Assembly (NCBI GenBank): GCA_041640035.1
Contig: JBEQBC010000002.1
Span: forward strand, 96,001-160,000
Source of the DNA: Candidatus Nanohaloarchaea archaeon
Lineage (GTDB): Archaea > Nanohalarchaeota > Nanosalinia > Nanosalinales > Nanosalinaceae
DNA: 64,000 nt
Reading direction: 5' to 3'
The translations under genes and the position numbers were made by a program. Shown here piece by piece: positions 48,479 to 58,030 of this stretch. The number at the start of each line of letters is the position of its first letter. The first letter of the stretch is position 1. The notes under the pieces were generated by a model. The model had not been told where the DNA came from. It worked only from the letters and a program-made list of their open reading frames with translations, and ran no database searches.

Positions 48479-48893
48479 TGTGAGCCTCCTCAATCAGTGT
48501 GTCTTCATGTACGACGCCGATTATTTCGCCGTCTTCCTCGACCGGCAAGGCTCTGATATCCTCTCTATCCATCAGAAAAGCCATCTCTCCAACTTCTTCG
48601 TCAGGTTCGATTGTTATCTCGTGTTTGTTCATCAGATCTTCAGCTGTATCCGGCGTATAGCTTCCATCAAAGCTGAAGCCAAGTATACCTACGACTTTCT
48701 CCTCATCCAGTCTCTCCTCAGGTATAAGGTGTTTTAGAAGAACTTCTTCATGGATCTCGCCCACGAAATCGCCATCTTTCTCAACTATCAATGCGTTCTC
48801 AGAACCGTGAAACTCCTCTACAACAGTATCTATATCTGTATCATGCGGGATAAAATCCGGTTCATCCATTATATCGCGGGCAGTCAAAGCCAT
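48471..48893 (-). CDS. CBS-domain pair protein
   Basis: TARDIM...GDFVGEI; TAEDLM...ALPVEEDGEIIGVV; start reassigned to ATG 48893. Confidence 0.9.
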   Translation of the reverse strand: MALTARDIMDEPDFIPHDTDIDTVVEEFHGSENALIVEKDGDFVGEIHEEVLLKHLIPEERLDEEKVVGILGFSFDGSYTPDTAEDLMNKHEITIEPDEEVGEMAFLMDREDIRALPVEEDGEIIGVVHEDTLIEEAHNG

Positions 48894-48932
48894 ATCAAGA
48901 AATAAAAGGTTCTGTAATTTAAAGAAAGTGGT

Positions 48933-49021
48933 CGCCGGGACTGGGATTTGAACCCAGGAGGGACGGTATGTCCCACCGGTTCTCAAGACCGGCGCGTTCA
49001 ACCAAGCTCCGCCATCCCGGC
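48933..49021 (-). tRNA. tRNA-Ser(UGA)
   Basis: Acceptor GCCGGGA/UCCCGGC, anticodon arm CCGGU-CUUGAGA-ACCGG, long variable arm GGGAC/GUCCC, T arm CUGGG-UUCAAAU-CCCAG, discriminator G. Confidence 0.95.
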
Positions 49022-49065
49022 AAAAGGCTGTATGAACTGTTTTTCAGGTTAAGTATCTTATAACC

Positions 49066-49638
49066 TTACTCTAGTTTGGCTTCTTCGTATCTCTTTTTGA
49101 TTTCTTCGAAAAGTTCTCTTCCTGTTTCTGTGTTGAGTCTTTCCTCTGAGTGCTGGAAGAATTCGTCGAGTGATTTTTCTTTGGAGTGGCGTCTCTGTTT
49201 GGAGTATTTTAGCGCCTGGATGCACATGTCCAGGACATCCATGTCTTTGACGAATTTGGCTGTCTGTGTTTCTCTTTCTTGGTATTCTTCCCAGAGCTCT
49301 ATTATATCGTCGAATCTGCTTTCTGGAGGTAGGTCGTGTATTGCTCTTCTCTCCATTTCCTCCTTTTCTTCATCTGTTCTTTCGTATCTGTCGGAGTGTT
49401 TCTTGGATACTAGGTCGCCTGTTTTGGCTTCTGGTAGATCCTGTATAACAGCCATTTTGACTGCTTTTCCTTCATCTACTCCTTCTTCTTCGGCGTAGAG
49501 TAGGCATAGAAATTTGACGCCCCATACATGTGATGCTACGGATTCAGGGTCTTTGATTCCTTTGAAAAGCCATCCTGTACGCGGTTCGTCCTTGAGGTTG
49601 TATGACTCCAGTAGGAAGTCGATATCGTCAGATTTCAT
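49066..49638 (-). CDS. HD-domain protein (YfbR/HDDC2-like 5'-deoxynucleotidase family)
   Basis: LKDEPRTGW, ESVASH, QDLPEAKTGD, LWEEY, AKFVKDMD. Confidence 0.88.
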   Translation of the reverse strand: MKSDDIDFLLESYNLKDEPRTGWLFKGIKDPESVASHVWGVKFLCLLYAEEEGVDEGKAVKMAVIQDLPEAKTGDLVSKKHSDRYERTDEEKEEMERRAIHDLPPESRFDDIIELWEEYQERETQTAKFVKDMDVLDMCIQALKYSKQRRHSKEKSLDEFFQHSEERLNTETGRELFEEIKKRYEEAKLE

Positions 49639-49644
49639 TGTATT

Positions 49645-50604
49645 TCATTGATCCCAGTTTTTCGGGTATGTTTCCGGGTCCATGAAGACTTTTTCTAGTT
49701 CGGCTGCTTTTCCGTCTTCTGCGTCGTACATTTCCTGGGAGTTCATCGATGCTTCTGCGAGTGCGACGAGTTCTCCTTTCAGGGTCATGATCGCTACGGT
49801 TTCTTCTTCCTTGATTCCGTCCTGTAGTTTGGTTATCCCGTTTACTCCAAGGTTTGCTCCGTTGGCTACGGCGTTTACTGCTGTGTCTTTGATGACTATC
49901 TTGGATAGGTGGTTTACGGCTTTTTCTATCGGCTGAAGTATTTCCTGGAGCTTGGATTCTTCGTCCTGTATGTGGAACTGGTATTCGTCTACCAGATCTT
50001 GAAGTGTGTATGTGTCTTCGATTTCCAGTTCTCCTTGTTTGGTTCTGCGGAGTTCTGTCATCTCTGCGTCTGTATCTGTTTCTTCTCCGAGCTGTTCTGC
50101 GAACACTCTTACATAGAACCCTGATTCACATTCAAGCCGTACAAGTATCTTTTCTTCCCTGTTTTCGATTAGTTTCGCTTCGTACAGTTCTCTTTCCCGT
50201 GGTTCTTTCTTCACCGCGCTTTTCTCTGGCGGCGTTTGAGTATTGGTTCCTTCGAATTCGCTGAGTACTTTTTTGAGTTCCTGAGTACCTATTTCTTCGT
50301 CAAGTTCGATTTCTGCTATGTATTCCTTCTTTGCTTTGGATAGTGCGTCTGCTATCTTGGTTCCCTTGTTGATTCCGACAGGCAGTATTCCGGTTGCGTG
50401 AGGATCTAGTGTGCCGAAATGCCCCGTCTTTCTGAGATCAAGTTCCTCTTTTATCCAGTGGCTGACCTGGTTACTGGTCGGTCCGTGTGGCTTGTCGATA
50501 GGTACGAAGCACTGTTCCAACAGTTCTTCTACTGTTCTCTTGTGCGGCGGCTTTCCATAGCCCTGCTCCGGCTCTGCCTCCTCTCTTGTATACCACTGAA
50601 CCAT
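49645..50604 (-). CDS. cbf5: RNA-guided pseudouridine synthase Cbf5
   Basis: DKPHGPTS, GHFGTLDP, QTPPEKSAVK, ELRRT, PUA domain. Confidence 0.95.
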   Translation of the reverse strand: MVQWYTREEAEPEQGYGKPPHKRTVEELLEQCFVPIDKPHGPTSNQVSHWIKEELDLRKTGHFGTLDPHATGILPVGINKGTKIADALSKAKKEYIAEIELDEEIGTQELKKVLSEFEGTNTQTPPEKSAVKKEPRERELYEAKLIENREEKILVRLECESGFYVRVFAEQLGEETDTDAEMTELRRTKQGELEIEDTYTLQDLVDEYQFHIQDEESKLQEILQPIEKAVNHLSKIVIKDTAVNAVANGANLGVNGITKLQDGIKEEETVAIMTLKGELVALAEASMNSQEMYDAEDGKAAELEKVFMDPETYPKNWDQ

Positions 50605-50673
50605 ACCTATTAACTAATAAGAGACTTTTTTTAATCAGACCGGTGCTGGAATTAGAAGAGAAAAAATATTGTG

Positions 50674-51402
50674 TTATTGTACTCCGAGTAGTTTTCTGAA
50701 TAGGATGCTGAGTGGCATGAGTACTATGATGTAGTATCCTAGCCAGTTGAGTTCGTCTCCTGCGAACGGTATTGAGATTGGTAGTTGTACGAACTCTGAT
50801 GTTAGTTTGAGGCTGTATCCTTCTGTGCTGGTTAGTCCGCCTTCGCTGTATCTGAAGTCTTTGATCAGCCACTGGATTCCGTATCTTTCGACTTTGTCTC
50901 CTACCTGGTACTGTTCGCCGTCAATCTCTACCGTCTTGTTGGCTGTGGTGTTGTCTACATTCAGGGTTGTTGACTGGCCGGCGTATGAGAACTCTCCCTG
51001 GAACATCTCTGTGGAGTTGTCGACTGGTTGGAGCTGTATTGCTGGTGCGTATGTGGCTCCTAGCCATGGGAAGATTAGCATGACGAAGACCATGGTGGCG
51101 ATTGATGGTTTGAAGTTGACCATCATGAACTTCTTGTTCAGTTCGAAGGATTTCTTCATGTGTTCGGATGCGTCCTTGTCTTCGTCCTTCTGTGCTTCCT
51201 TCAGTTTTTCCTGTTCCTTGTCCAGTTTTTCTTTGATCTTGTCCCGTTTTTCCTGGTCTAGGAAGATGTAGTATAGTAGTGAGAATATTATTGCCAGTCC
51301 TGCTGCTATTGCTCCGAGACTTATGTACGGTCCCATTGATAGGAGTGGCTGGAAGATTGCGCTGTAGAAGCTGAATAGCGCTGTTTTGAGTCCTGTAATC
51401 AT
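50674..51402 (-). CDS. EMC3/TMCO1 (DUF106, Oxa1 superfamily) membrane protein
   Basis: TM-coiled coil-FKP-TM; WLGYYI...FRKLLG; position after secY. Confidence 0.9.
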   Translation of the reverse strand: MITGLKTALFSFYSAIFQPLLSMGPYISLGAIAAGLAIIFSLLYYIFLDQEKRDKIKEKLDKEQEKLKEAQKDEDKDASEHMKKSFELNKKFMMVNFKPSIATMVFVMLIFPWLGATYAPAIQLQPVDNSTEMFQGEFSYAGQSTTLNVDNTTANKTVEIDGEQYQVGDKVERYGIQWLIKDFRYSEGGLTSTEGYSLKLTSEFVQLPISIPFAGDELNWLGYYIIVLMPLSILFRKLLGVQ

Positions 51403-51454
51403 TTTTTCTGTCTCTACTTTATGTTGGGGTTTTCTGGGTTAAAAAATGGTTTTT

Positions 51455-52864
51455 TTATGACTGGAAGAAGTCTCCGAGTGCTGGGTGGATTTCTTCCAGT
51501 TGTTTCTGTGCTAGCTGTTCATACATTCTGTAGATGATCATAACTGTTAGCAGGATTCCTGTTCCTCCTCCTGCTGCCTGTGTCATGTTCGCGGATGCTG
51601 CTAGCAGTCCCATGGTTGCTCCGGAAAGTACGGTTAGGCCTGGGATGTATCTGTCTAGTACTTTTTTGATGACTCGAGAGTCTTTTCTGAATCCTGGGAC
51701 TTTCATGCCTGTTTCGCTGATCTGTTCTGCGACGCTCTGTGAGTCCTGTCCGCTGGTTCGTGCCCAGAAGATGGAGAATACTGTTGATCCTGTGATGTAT
51801 ACTCCTAGGTAGAAGAATATGTGGAAGATGTCTGATGGGCCTACTGCGGCGAATCCGTTCTGGATTAGCCCGGTTATTACATCTGTTGGTGCGTTGAGGT
51901 ATCCTGCGAGTCCGCCTGTTGCTTGTCCGTTGCTGAAGGTTCCGAGGATGCTTGTTCCGCTTCCTCCTGTTAGTGCGGAGCCGACAATCTGTACATTTGC
52001 GACTAGTGCTCCGACGAATATGATTGGCATTACGCTGGTGTATAGGAATTTGAGCGGCCATTTCTGTCCGAATCCTCTTACATTTCCGAATGTGAGCGGT
52101 ATTTCAACTCGCATGGATTGTAGGTATACTGCTACTGCGAATACTCCTATTGTTGCTACTACTGGTAGGAGTGCTGATGCTTCTAGGTTTACTGCGAAGT
52201 TGAGTAGTGCTCCTGCAGGGTTTCCTTCTACATTCCAGAATAGGTCCTGTGTCTGGGTTAGTGGGCTGATGAAGCCGATTATGATTTGTTTAGATACTCC
52301 TGCGGCAATGAACAGGCTGACTCCCTGTCCGAATCCCCATTTCTTGACGAGGTCGTCAAGTAGTATGATTAAGACTCCTCCTAGTGCGATCTGCGCTGTT
52401 ATCAGGGAGATTACTAGGTATGAGTTCTGTACTGATGCCTGTAGAAGGTTTCCAAATGTTCCGCTGAGTACATACCCCAGGGCCATGAAGATTGTTAGGC
52501 CGTATGCTAGGAGTTTCTGTGCGGACTGGAACTTTAGCTGTCCTTCATCTGTGTTTGTGTTCCATGGAAGTATTTCGCTTCCTACCATCATCTGTAGTAC
52601 GATGGATGCTGTGACGATCGGTGTAATTCCGAGTGTCAGTATTGTTCCGATTGATGCTCCTACAAGTGTCTGGAACTGTTGCAGCTGTCCAAGTGCCCCT
52701 GATGCTACAGGGTTTCCGAGTGTGTATACAGGTATGCTGCTTAGAAGGAAGTATAGTAGTAGTACTATCCCTGTCCAGGTAAGCATTTCTTTAAGTGACT
52801 GTTCTTTTTCCGGTTCTCTTACTGTTGGAAGGTACTGAGCTGCTTTGACTAATGTTTCTGACAT
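51455..52864 (-). CDS. secY: Preprotein translocase SecY
   Basis: LGITPIVTAS, KWGFGQGVSLFIAAGVS, LYTSVMP, VPGFR, GTGILL. Confidence 0.98.
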   Translation of the reverse strand: MSETLVKAAQYLPTVREPEKEQSLKEMLTWTGIVLLLYFLLSSIPVYTLGNPVASGALGQLQQFQTLVGASIGTILTLGITPIVTASIVLQMMVGSEILPWNTNTDEGQLKFQSAQKLLAYGLTIFMALGYVLSGTFGNLLQASVQNSYLVISLITAQIALGGVLIILLDDLVKKWGFGQGVSLFIAAGVSKQIIIGFISPLTQTQDLFWNVEGNPAGALLNFAVNLEASALLPVVATIGVFAVAVYLQSMRVEIPLTFGNVRGFGQKWPLKFLYTSVMPIIFVGALVANVQIVGSALTGGSGTSILGTFSNGQATGGLAGYLNAPTDVITGLIQNGFAAVGPSDIFHIFFYLGVYITGSTVFSIFWARTSGQDSQSVAEQISETGMKVPGFRKDSRVIKKVLDRYIPGLTVLSGATMGLLAASANMTQAAGGGTGILLTVMIIYRMYEQLAQKQLEEIHPALGDFFQS

Positions 52865-52955
52865 TCTTGTTTTTCACTCCTGCTTACTCTGGGTGGTTCT
52901 GGGGACATGAAAAGTGGAAAAACCGTGTAAATAATATGTTATGTATGAGGGTTTT

Positions 52956-53384
52956 TTACTCCTCTGTCTTTACCGCTTTGCCTTCTGCTTCTTCGATCTT
53001 TTCTTCGGCTCTGCTTGAGAACTTTGGAGCGTGTACCTCGATGTTTTTGGTCAGTCGGCCTTTGGCAAGTACTTTGTCGTAGCCTAGTTCCTCTAGATCG
53101 ACTTTGAAGCCATCTTCTGTTTCTTCTGCTAGTCCTTCTTCTACAAGTCTTTCAATCTGCTGGTCTAGATCTCGTAGGTTGATTCCTGTCTGGTCTTCGT
53201 TTCTAGTGTTGAAGCCGTCTTCTCCGAGTTTGTGGACGCCGTCTTTGGTCATTTTTTCGTGCTTAGCTTTCTTTCCGCGTCCTGCGTTTCCTCGGCCTCC
53301 TCTGTGGCCTGCTCCTCTGTTTTTCTTGCTGCTTCCGTGTCCGTGGCTGCCGGATTTGTTCTTCTTGGATCTTCTCTTTGTCAT
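52956..53384 (-). CDS. rpl15: 50S ribosomal protein uL15
   Basis: RGAGHRGGRGNAG, GYDKVL. Confidence 0.96.
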   Translation of the reverse strand: MTKRRSKKNKSGSHGHGSSKKNRGAGHRGGRGNAGRGKKAKHEKMTKDGVHKLGEDGFNTRNEDQTGINLRDLDQQIERLVEEGLAEETEDGFKVDLEELGYDKVLAKGRLTKNIEVHAPKFSSRAEEKIEEAEGKAVKTEE

Positions 53385-53388
53385 CTGT

Positions 53389-53736
53389 TTACACCATCTT
53401 CTGAAGTAGTTCGTCTAGGTTTTCTCTCTTGCCGAGTGCTCCGCCTTGGTTCACATTTCTCTTGGTGTCTTTGAATCCTCCTGTTGGAGGTGCAAGGCTT
53501 ACTGTTGTTCCGTGTTCGACTTCGACATCTCTGGAGTCTTCAAGTTCTTCGATCATTTCGTCGCTGATCTCTCCGTATGTTACGAAGTCTTTGACTTTGT
53601 TGAACATTCCCTGAATTGATTCTTCGTCTTCGTAGATTACGCACTGGTTTCTCTTATCTAGGTTGAGGTTTTCCATCGTTCTTTCTATATCGTGTGGTGT
53701 GTCTCTGTTTCCTCTGATTCTGATTGCTGCTATCAC
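53389..53736 (-). CDS. rpl30: 50S ribosomal protein uL30 (short form)
   Basis: AAIRIRG, KVKDFVTYGE, LAPPTGGF. Confidence 0.94.
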   Translation of the reverse strand: MIAAIRIRGNRDTPHDIERTMENLNLDKRNQCVIYEDEESIQGMFNKVKDFVTYGEISDEMIEELEDSRDVEVEHGTTVSLAPPTGGFKDTKRNVNQGGALGKRENLDELLQKMV

Positions 53737-54404
53737 TGTTCTTCACCTTTGTATTCTCCGATTTTTTCTAGTGCATTGAAGACTGCTTTGATCAGGTTTT
53801 CTCGTGTACGGGTTTGTCCTCTGCTTTCTACCCATACATCTTCGAAGCCTGCTAGTTCGAGTACTTTTTTGACATCGTCGCTTGCTGCGATGCCGATTCC
53901 TTTTGGTGCTGGTTTGAGTTCTGCTTCTACGCTGCCGGATTTTCCTGTTACCTTGAATGGTACGCTGTGGTCTGTTCCGCATGCGCATTCCCAGCTTCCG
54001 CATCCTTTGCTTACTTCGATAAGGTTGAGCTTGGCTCTGCGGTTGGCGTCTTCGATTGCTGCTCTTGTGTCGTCTGCTTCTCCCATGCCTAGTCCGATAA
54101 TTCCGTTTCTGTTTCCGAGGACTGCCATGGATTTGGTGTTGTATCTTTCTCCTGATTTATGCATTCTGCATGTTCTTTTGGAGACTGTTCTTCTTTTTCC
54201 TCCTCCTTTTCCTGGTGTTCCTCCGATGAGGATCACTTCTTCTTCCAGGTCTGTGAGTTGGTCGACGATCTCTGTTTCCATGATTTCTCGGTCATGGTTG
54301 AGTGCTTCTCTGATGGTGGTTACTTGTCCTTTTGCGACCTCTCTTCCTAGCTTGGTCTTTGGTTTCCAGACTTCTTCTGTTTCTTCGGTTTGTTGTTCTG
54401 CCAT
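53733..54404 (-). CDS. rps5: 30S ribosomal protein uS5
   Basis: WKPKTKLG, GCGSWECAC, PAPKGIG. Confidence 0.97.
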   Translation of the reverse strand: MAEQQTEETEEVWKPKTKLGREVAKGQVTTIREALNHDREIMETEIVDQLTDLEEEVILIGGTPGKGGGKRRTVSKRTCRMHKSGERYNTKSMAVLGNRNGIIGLGMGEADDTRAAIEDANRRAKLNLIEVSKGCGSWECACGTDHSVPFKVTGKSGSVEAELKPAPKGIGIAASDDVKKVLELAGFEDVWVESRGQTRTRENLIKAVFNALEKIGEYKGEEQ

Positions 54405-54410
54405 TCTATA

Positions 54411-54920
54411 TCACTCATATTCTTCGTCAATTTTTTCAAGGGTTTTATCGAACTGTTCAGGAACATTTTCTCCTGTCATTTCCTCGATGTGTTCTCCCCG
54501 GATTCTTTCCTGTGCTGGGAAGATTCCGTCGCCGGCTGGTATTTCGAGTCCACCGTCGATCAAGCCTTTGAGGGCTGCGTATTCTCTGCTGCCCTGTTTT
54601 GGTGTCTTGAGTCCTAGGTCGAGGATTGCTTCGTTGCTGTCTGCTTTCTTTGCTGCCAGGTATCCTGTCAGGTATGCTGCTGGAAGGTTTCCTGTGTGCT
54701 GTTCCCATCCGTACTCTCTAAGGTGTTTGCTTGTTGTCTGTGCTGTGTTTTCGTCGCCTTCTTCACTGTAGTGTGAGAGCTGGACGGTTGTATGCTGATT
54801 TGATGTTCTTACTACTGCTCTTGGTTGACCTGATTTCAGAAGTTTCAGTCGCTGATCGTAATCTGTTTTCTTTTCTCTTCGTCTTCTGAAAGGAAGGTTA
54901 AAGTTTGTTGAATCTGCCAT
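54411..54920 (-). CDS. rpl18: 50S ribosomal protein uL18
   Basis: RRRREKKTDY, NLPAAYLTG. Confidence 0.97.
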   Translation of the reverse strand: MADSTNFNLPFRRRREKKTDYDQRLKLLKSGQPRAVVRTSNQHTTVQLSHYSEEGDENTAQTTSKHLREYGWEQHTGNLPAAYLTGYLAAKKADSNEAILDLGLKTPKQGSREYAALKGLIDGGLEIPAGDGIFPAQERIRGEHIEEMTGENVPEQFDKTLEKIDEEYE

Positions 54921-54927
54921 TAGTATT

Positions 54928-55371
54928 TCACTGCTCCATCTTGTTTTCTACATGGTTTTCTAGGTGTTTTGTGTCTCGGAAGAAGCCTCCTTTGCTCATG
55001 TCGTAAAGCTTCCGGTACTGTTCCTGTGTGATCTCGTCATTGTCTCTCATCTCTTTGAGACGGTTTCTGATCGCCCGGATTTTCTCCATCCATTTGTCTT
55101 TGTCGCTTTTCCGTGCTGACTTCTTTCCTTTTCTGCTTCCTTGGCCTTTTCTCTGTCCTTTCTTCTTCTGTTTCTTGATCTCTTTGCTTCGGCCTTTGGA
55201 TGTTCCTTTTTCGTCTCTTTTCTGGATTGCTCCTCCTTCGATAAGGTTTCTGATGTCGTTCCGTGTGATTGCTTCGGATACTTCTTCCTGTTCATCAGGA
55301 TCGATGTAGATCCTGTTCTCTCCGACATCAAGGATTTCTGCTGCCATTCTTTTCTGATTCTTGAGGTCCAT
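54928..55371 (-). CDS. rpl19e: 50S ribosomal protein eL19
   Basis: QKRMAA, AITRNDIR, GQGSRKG, KGGFF. Confidence 0.97.
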   Translation of the reverse strand: MDLKNQKRMAAEILDVGENRIYIDPDEQEEVSEAITRNDIRNLIEGGAIQKRDEKGTSKGRSKEIKKQKKKGQRKGQGSRKGKKSARKSDKDKWMEKIRAIRNRLKEMRDNDEITQEQYRKLYDMSKGGFFRDTKHLENHVENKMEQ

Positions 55372-55701
55372 TTATTCTTCACCTCTGTTCAGGACTTTGA
55401 TGTCCTGACTGTCTGCTTTTTCAAGTATTTCTTGTTTTTTCCGTCCGCCGACATTTGAGCTGATTCTTGCTGCTTCTGTTTCCGGATCGATTTCTTCTAG
55501 ATCCTTTGGTCGGTGGACAAGTGTTTCTTCGAGTCCTGAAGGATGTTTTCCTCTGTCTTCGGTTGCTGTTCTTCTGCCGACTTTCGGAACCTGTACTGCT
55601 CCTTTCTTTTCAAGTCGGGCTCTTGAGTGCTTTCCTCGAGGTCTTCTCCAGGATGTGTTCTTCAGTTTGCTCTTCTTGTGTTTATCTTCTCTCTGTGTCA
55701 T
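55372..55701 (-). CDS. rpl32e: 50S ribosomal protein eL32
   Basis: WRRPRGKHS, RGKHPSG, KVLN. Confidence 0.96.
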   Translation of the reverse strand: MTQREDKHKKSKLKNTSWRRPRGKHSRARLEKKGAVQVPKVGRRTATEDRGKHPSGLEETLVHRPKDLEEIDPETEAARISSNVGGRKKQEILEKADSQDIKVLNRGEE

Positions 55702-56249
55702 TATTGACCATCCTCCGCGTTGGTGATGTAGATTCCGTCTTGGAATGTTCGTGGGTCACGGTTTCCTTTTTGGGAGAGCTGTTCGATCCGTGCTGCTGTT
55801 TGGCTTGCTGCTTCTTTGTCTGGACTGGTTACTGTGATTTCATCGCCGTCAACCTGTACACTGGCGTTGTCCATGATGTCTGCTTCTCTTGGTTTTCTTT
55901 CTCCCATGAAGTTCTCTACCAGCACTTTGTCTCCTTCCTGTTTGATTGTCATCGGGAAGTGGGCGTAGACCGCCTTTAGTTCGTATGTGTGCGGATTCTC
56001 GAGGCCTTCGATCATGTTGTTTACATGGCTTCTGAAGGCGTTGACTATGCTCTTTACATCTTTCTTGTGTGAGTCTGTGCTGATTGTTACTTCGTCGCTA
56101 CCTACTTCTACTGTTACTAGTGCGTGTTCCAGTTCTTTCTGTGCTTCTGTACCGTTCTGGCTGACTGTGAGTACGCCGTCCTGGTATTCTGCTTCGACTT
56201 CTTCTGGTAGTTCTACTGTTTCTTTCATTGTTGGATCACTAGTAGACAT
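55701..56249 (-). CDS. rpl6: 50S ribosomal protein uL6
   Basis: YAHFP, NFMGE, DPRTFQDGIY; start may be 56228. Confidence 0.96.
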   Translation of the reverse strand: MSTSDPTMKETVELPEEVEAEYQDGVLTVSQNGTEAQKELEHALVTVEVGSDEVTISTDSHKKDVKSIVNAFRSHVNNMIEGLENPHTYELKAVYAHFPMTIKQEGDKVLVENFMGERKPREADIMDNASVQVDGDEITVTSPDKEAASQTAARIEQLSQKGNRDPRTFQDGIYITNAEDGQ

Positions 56250-56640
56250 ATCCGAGGAGTTTTCCGCCGTGATTGTCCTCGATTGCTTCTTCGTGGGTTT
56301 TGATGCCTTTCGGCGTGGTGACGATCAGGTGTCCGAAGTTTCGGGCTGGTAGGTATCTCTTTGCCCATTTGTCGAATTCGTCTACCTGTGTTGGGAAGTT
56401 TGGTTTGATCGGTCGGCACTGGTTCAGGTTGTTTGTTACTTCTACTCTGAATCGGTCTCCCTGTCCGTCCTCGATCAGTTCGAATACGCCGATGTAGTCC
56501 AGTCTCTGTAGCTGGATGAGTACCTGCTTGATTGTCTCTGTTGCAGGTTCAATCTCTGCGTATTCACGGTTTTGCTGTACTGCGTTATTGATTGCGGATA
56601 GTGCGTCGCTGAGTGGATCTTGCTTCATCTTTTTGGTCAC
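56239..56640 (-). CDS. rps8: 30S ribosomal protein uS8
   Basis: DPLSDAL, YLPARNFG, TTPKG, GGKLLGYVY; start may be ATG 56628. Confidence 0.96.
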   Translation of the reverse strand: MTKKMKQDPLSDALSAINNAVQQNREYAEIEPATETIKQVLIQLQRLDYIGVFELIEDGQGDRFRVEVTNNLNQCRPIKPNFPTQVDEFDKWAKRYLPARNFGHLIVTTPKGIKTHEEAIEDNHGGKLLGYVY

Positions 56641-56865
56641 CTACTTGAGCTGTTCAAATCCTAGGTCTTCTGCGATTTCACGGAAGCACTGTCTGCAGTA
56701 GTCAAGTCCGTATTTTGAGATGACTCCTCTGCCTGTTCTTCCGCATCTTCTGCATTCTTTCTTTGATTTTCCGAAGTCTTTTTCTTTAGGTGTGTTGTGT
56801 TTCTCGAACTTCCGTCTCTTTCCGTCTTTGTGGCTGATCTGGTCGAGTATTTCTTCGTATCCCAT
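56641..56865 (-). CDS. rps14: 30S ribosomal protein uS14
   Basis: CRRCG...CRQCFRE; N-terminal extension. Confidence 0.96.
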   Translation of the reverse strand: MGYEEILDQISHKDGKRRKFEKHNTPKEKDFGKSKKECRRCGRTGRGVISKYGLDYCRQCFREIAEDLGFEQLK

Positions 56866-57374
56866 TATTGTACCACCTCTGCTCCGAGTTCTTCTTCGAC
56901 GAACTCCTGAGCGTCTTCACGGTCTACTTTGTGGTCTTTTCCTAGTTCTCTTGGCTTGTGGTCTCTTTTCTTGGTTCTGTAGCCAGGTCTTTCGAGTTTG
57001 ACATTTACTTCGAAACCTTTCATGCCGATGTCTGCGTCGTAGTCCATTCCTGGTACATCGATGTATTCGGATACTCCGAATCCGAAGTTTCCGTTGTCAT
57101 CGAAGCTTCGAGCTGAGATTTCGTTGTTTACTGCTGGAAGGATTTTTTCTAGGAATTCTCTTGCTTCTTCTCCTCTAAGTGTTACTTTGGCTCCTATGTT
57201 GAGGCCTTCTCTTAGTCCGAATGTCTTACTTGTCTCTCCGGATTCTGTTCTTACTGGTTCTCTTCCTGTCAGTTTTTCGATCAGGTCGTATGCTTTTTCT
57301 ACTCCGTCGCCGACCTGTCCTTCTGCGATGTTAACTGTTACTTTTTCGATATGTACTTGCTTCATCTCGTTCAT
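56865..57374 (-). CDS. rpl5: 50S ribosomal protein uL5
   Basis: [31 protein letters not shown]. Confidence 0.97.
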   Translation of the reverse strand: MNEMKQVHIEKVTVNIAEGQVGDGVEKAYDLIEKLTGREPVRTESGETSKTFGLREGLNIGAKVTLRGEEAREFLEKILPAVNNEISARSFDDNGNFGFGVSEYIDVPGMDYDADIGMKGFEVNVKLERPGYRTKKRDHKPRELGKDHKVDREDAQEFVEEELGAEVVQ

Positions 57375-58027
57375 TGTGTGTCACCTAGGTCAAGTCCTGT
57401 TGTTGCTACAAGGTTTTCGAGTCGTGTGTCGAATTCTTCGCCGTTGCTTACTGTGGCTGTGTCTGGGTTGACTCCTTGCCGTGTGATTTCCTGTAGTTCG
57501 CCTGTTTTTCCGGCGTGTTTTCCGTCTGTTACCAGGACCTGTGCTCCTTCTTCTAGTACTACTTCTTCTCCGTCGTTCAGTCGGAGTGTGTTTCCTGCGT
57601 CGTATTCTTCGTCTGTCTGGTAGTTTTCTCCGTTGTGAAGATGGTAGACATATTCTCCTCCTTCGTCTTTCTTGCCTGTGATCTTTGCGATCACTTCGTC
57701 ACTGTCTGTCTCCTGGAACTCTAGGTCGTTTTTCTTCTTGACTACCCGGAATTTTTCTTCTGCGTCAGGTAGTTCGATCAGGTCCAGGTTGCCTACTCCT
57801 TCACGGATATCTCCTACTGGTTCGTTGTTTCTTAGTAGCTGTCCGTTTCGGATGATTTCTTTTGCTTCTTTCTTGTTTTCTGCGTAGTTTGTTACATCTC
57901 TGAGGAATACCAGTGCCGGGATGGCGTCGGTATTCTCTCTTGAACCCGTGATGGTTGTGATGTAGGTCTGATCCTTTCTCTGGATCGGGTAGTGTCGTGG
58001 TGCGGAAAGTCTTTTCTGATGTGTCAT
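57371..58027 (-). CDS. rps4e: 30S ribosomal protein eS4
   Basis: HQKRLSAP, FLRD, GKHAG. Confidence 0.95.
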   Translation of the reverse strand: MTHQKRLSAPRHYPIQRKDQTYITTITGSRENTDAIPALVFLRDVTNYAENKKEAKEIIRNGQLLRNNEPVGDIREGVGNLDLIELPDAEEKFRVVKKKNDLEFQETDSDEVIAKITGKKDEGGEYVYHLHNGENYQTDEEYDAGNTLRLNDGEEVVLEEGAQVLVTDGKHAGKTGELQEITRQGVNPDTATVSNGEEFDTRLENLVATTGLDLGDTQ

Positions 58028-58030
58028 ATT

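Noticed and set aside
48894-49001. N-terminal extension of the CBS ORF in the track
   Set aside because: Overlaps the tRNA; the real start is ATG 48893
48933-49021. Selenocysteine/suppressor tRNA or integration site
   Set aside because: Anticodon UGA reads UCA (Ser), not the stop codon; no integrase or duplicated tRNA 3' end seen
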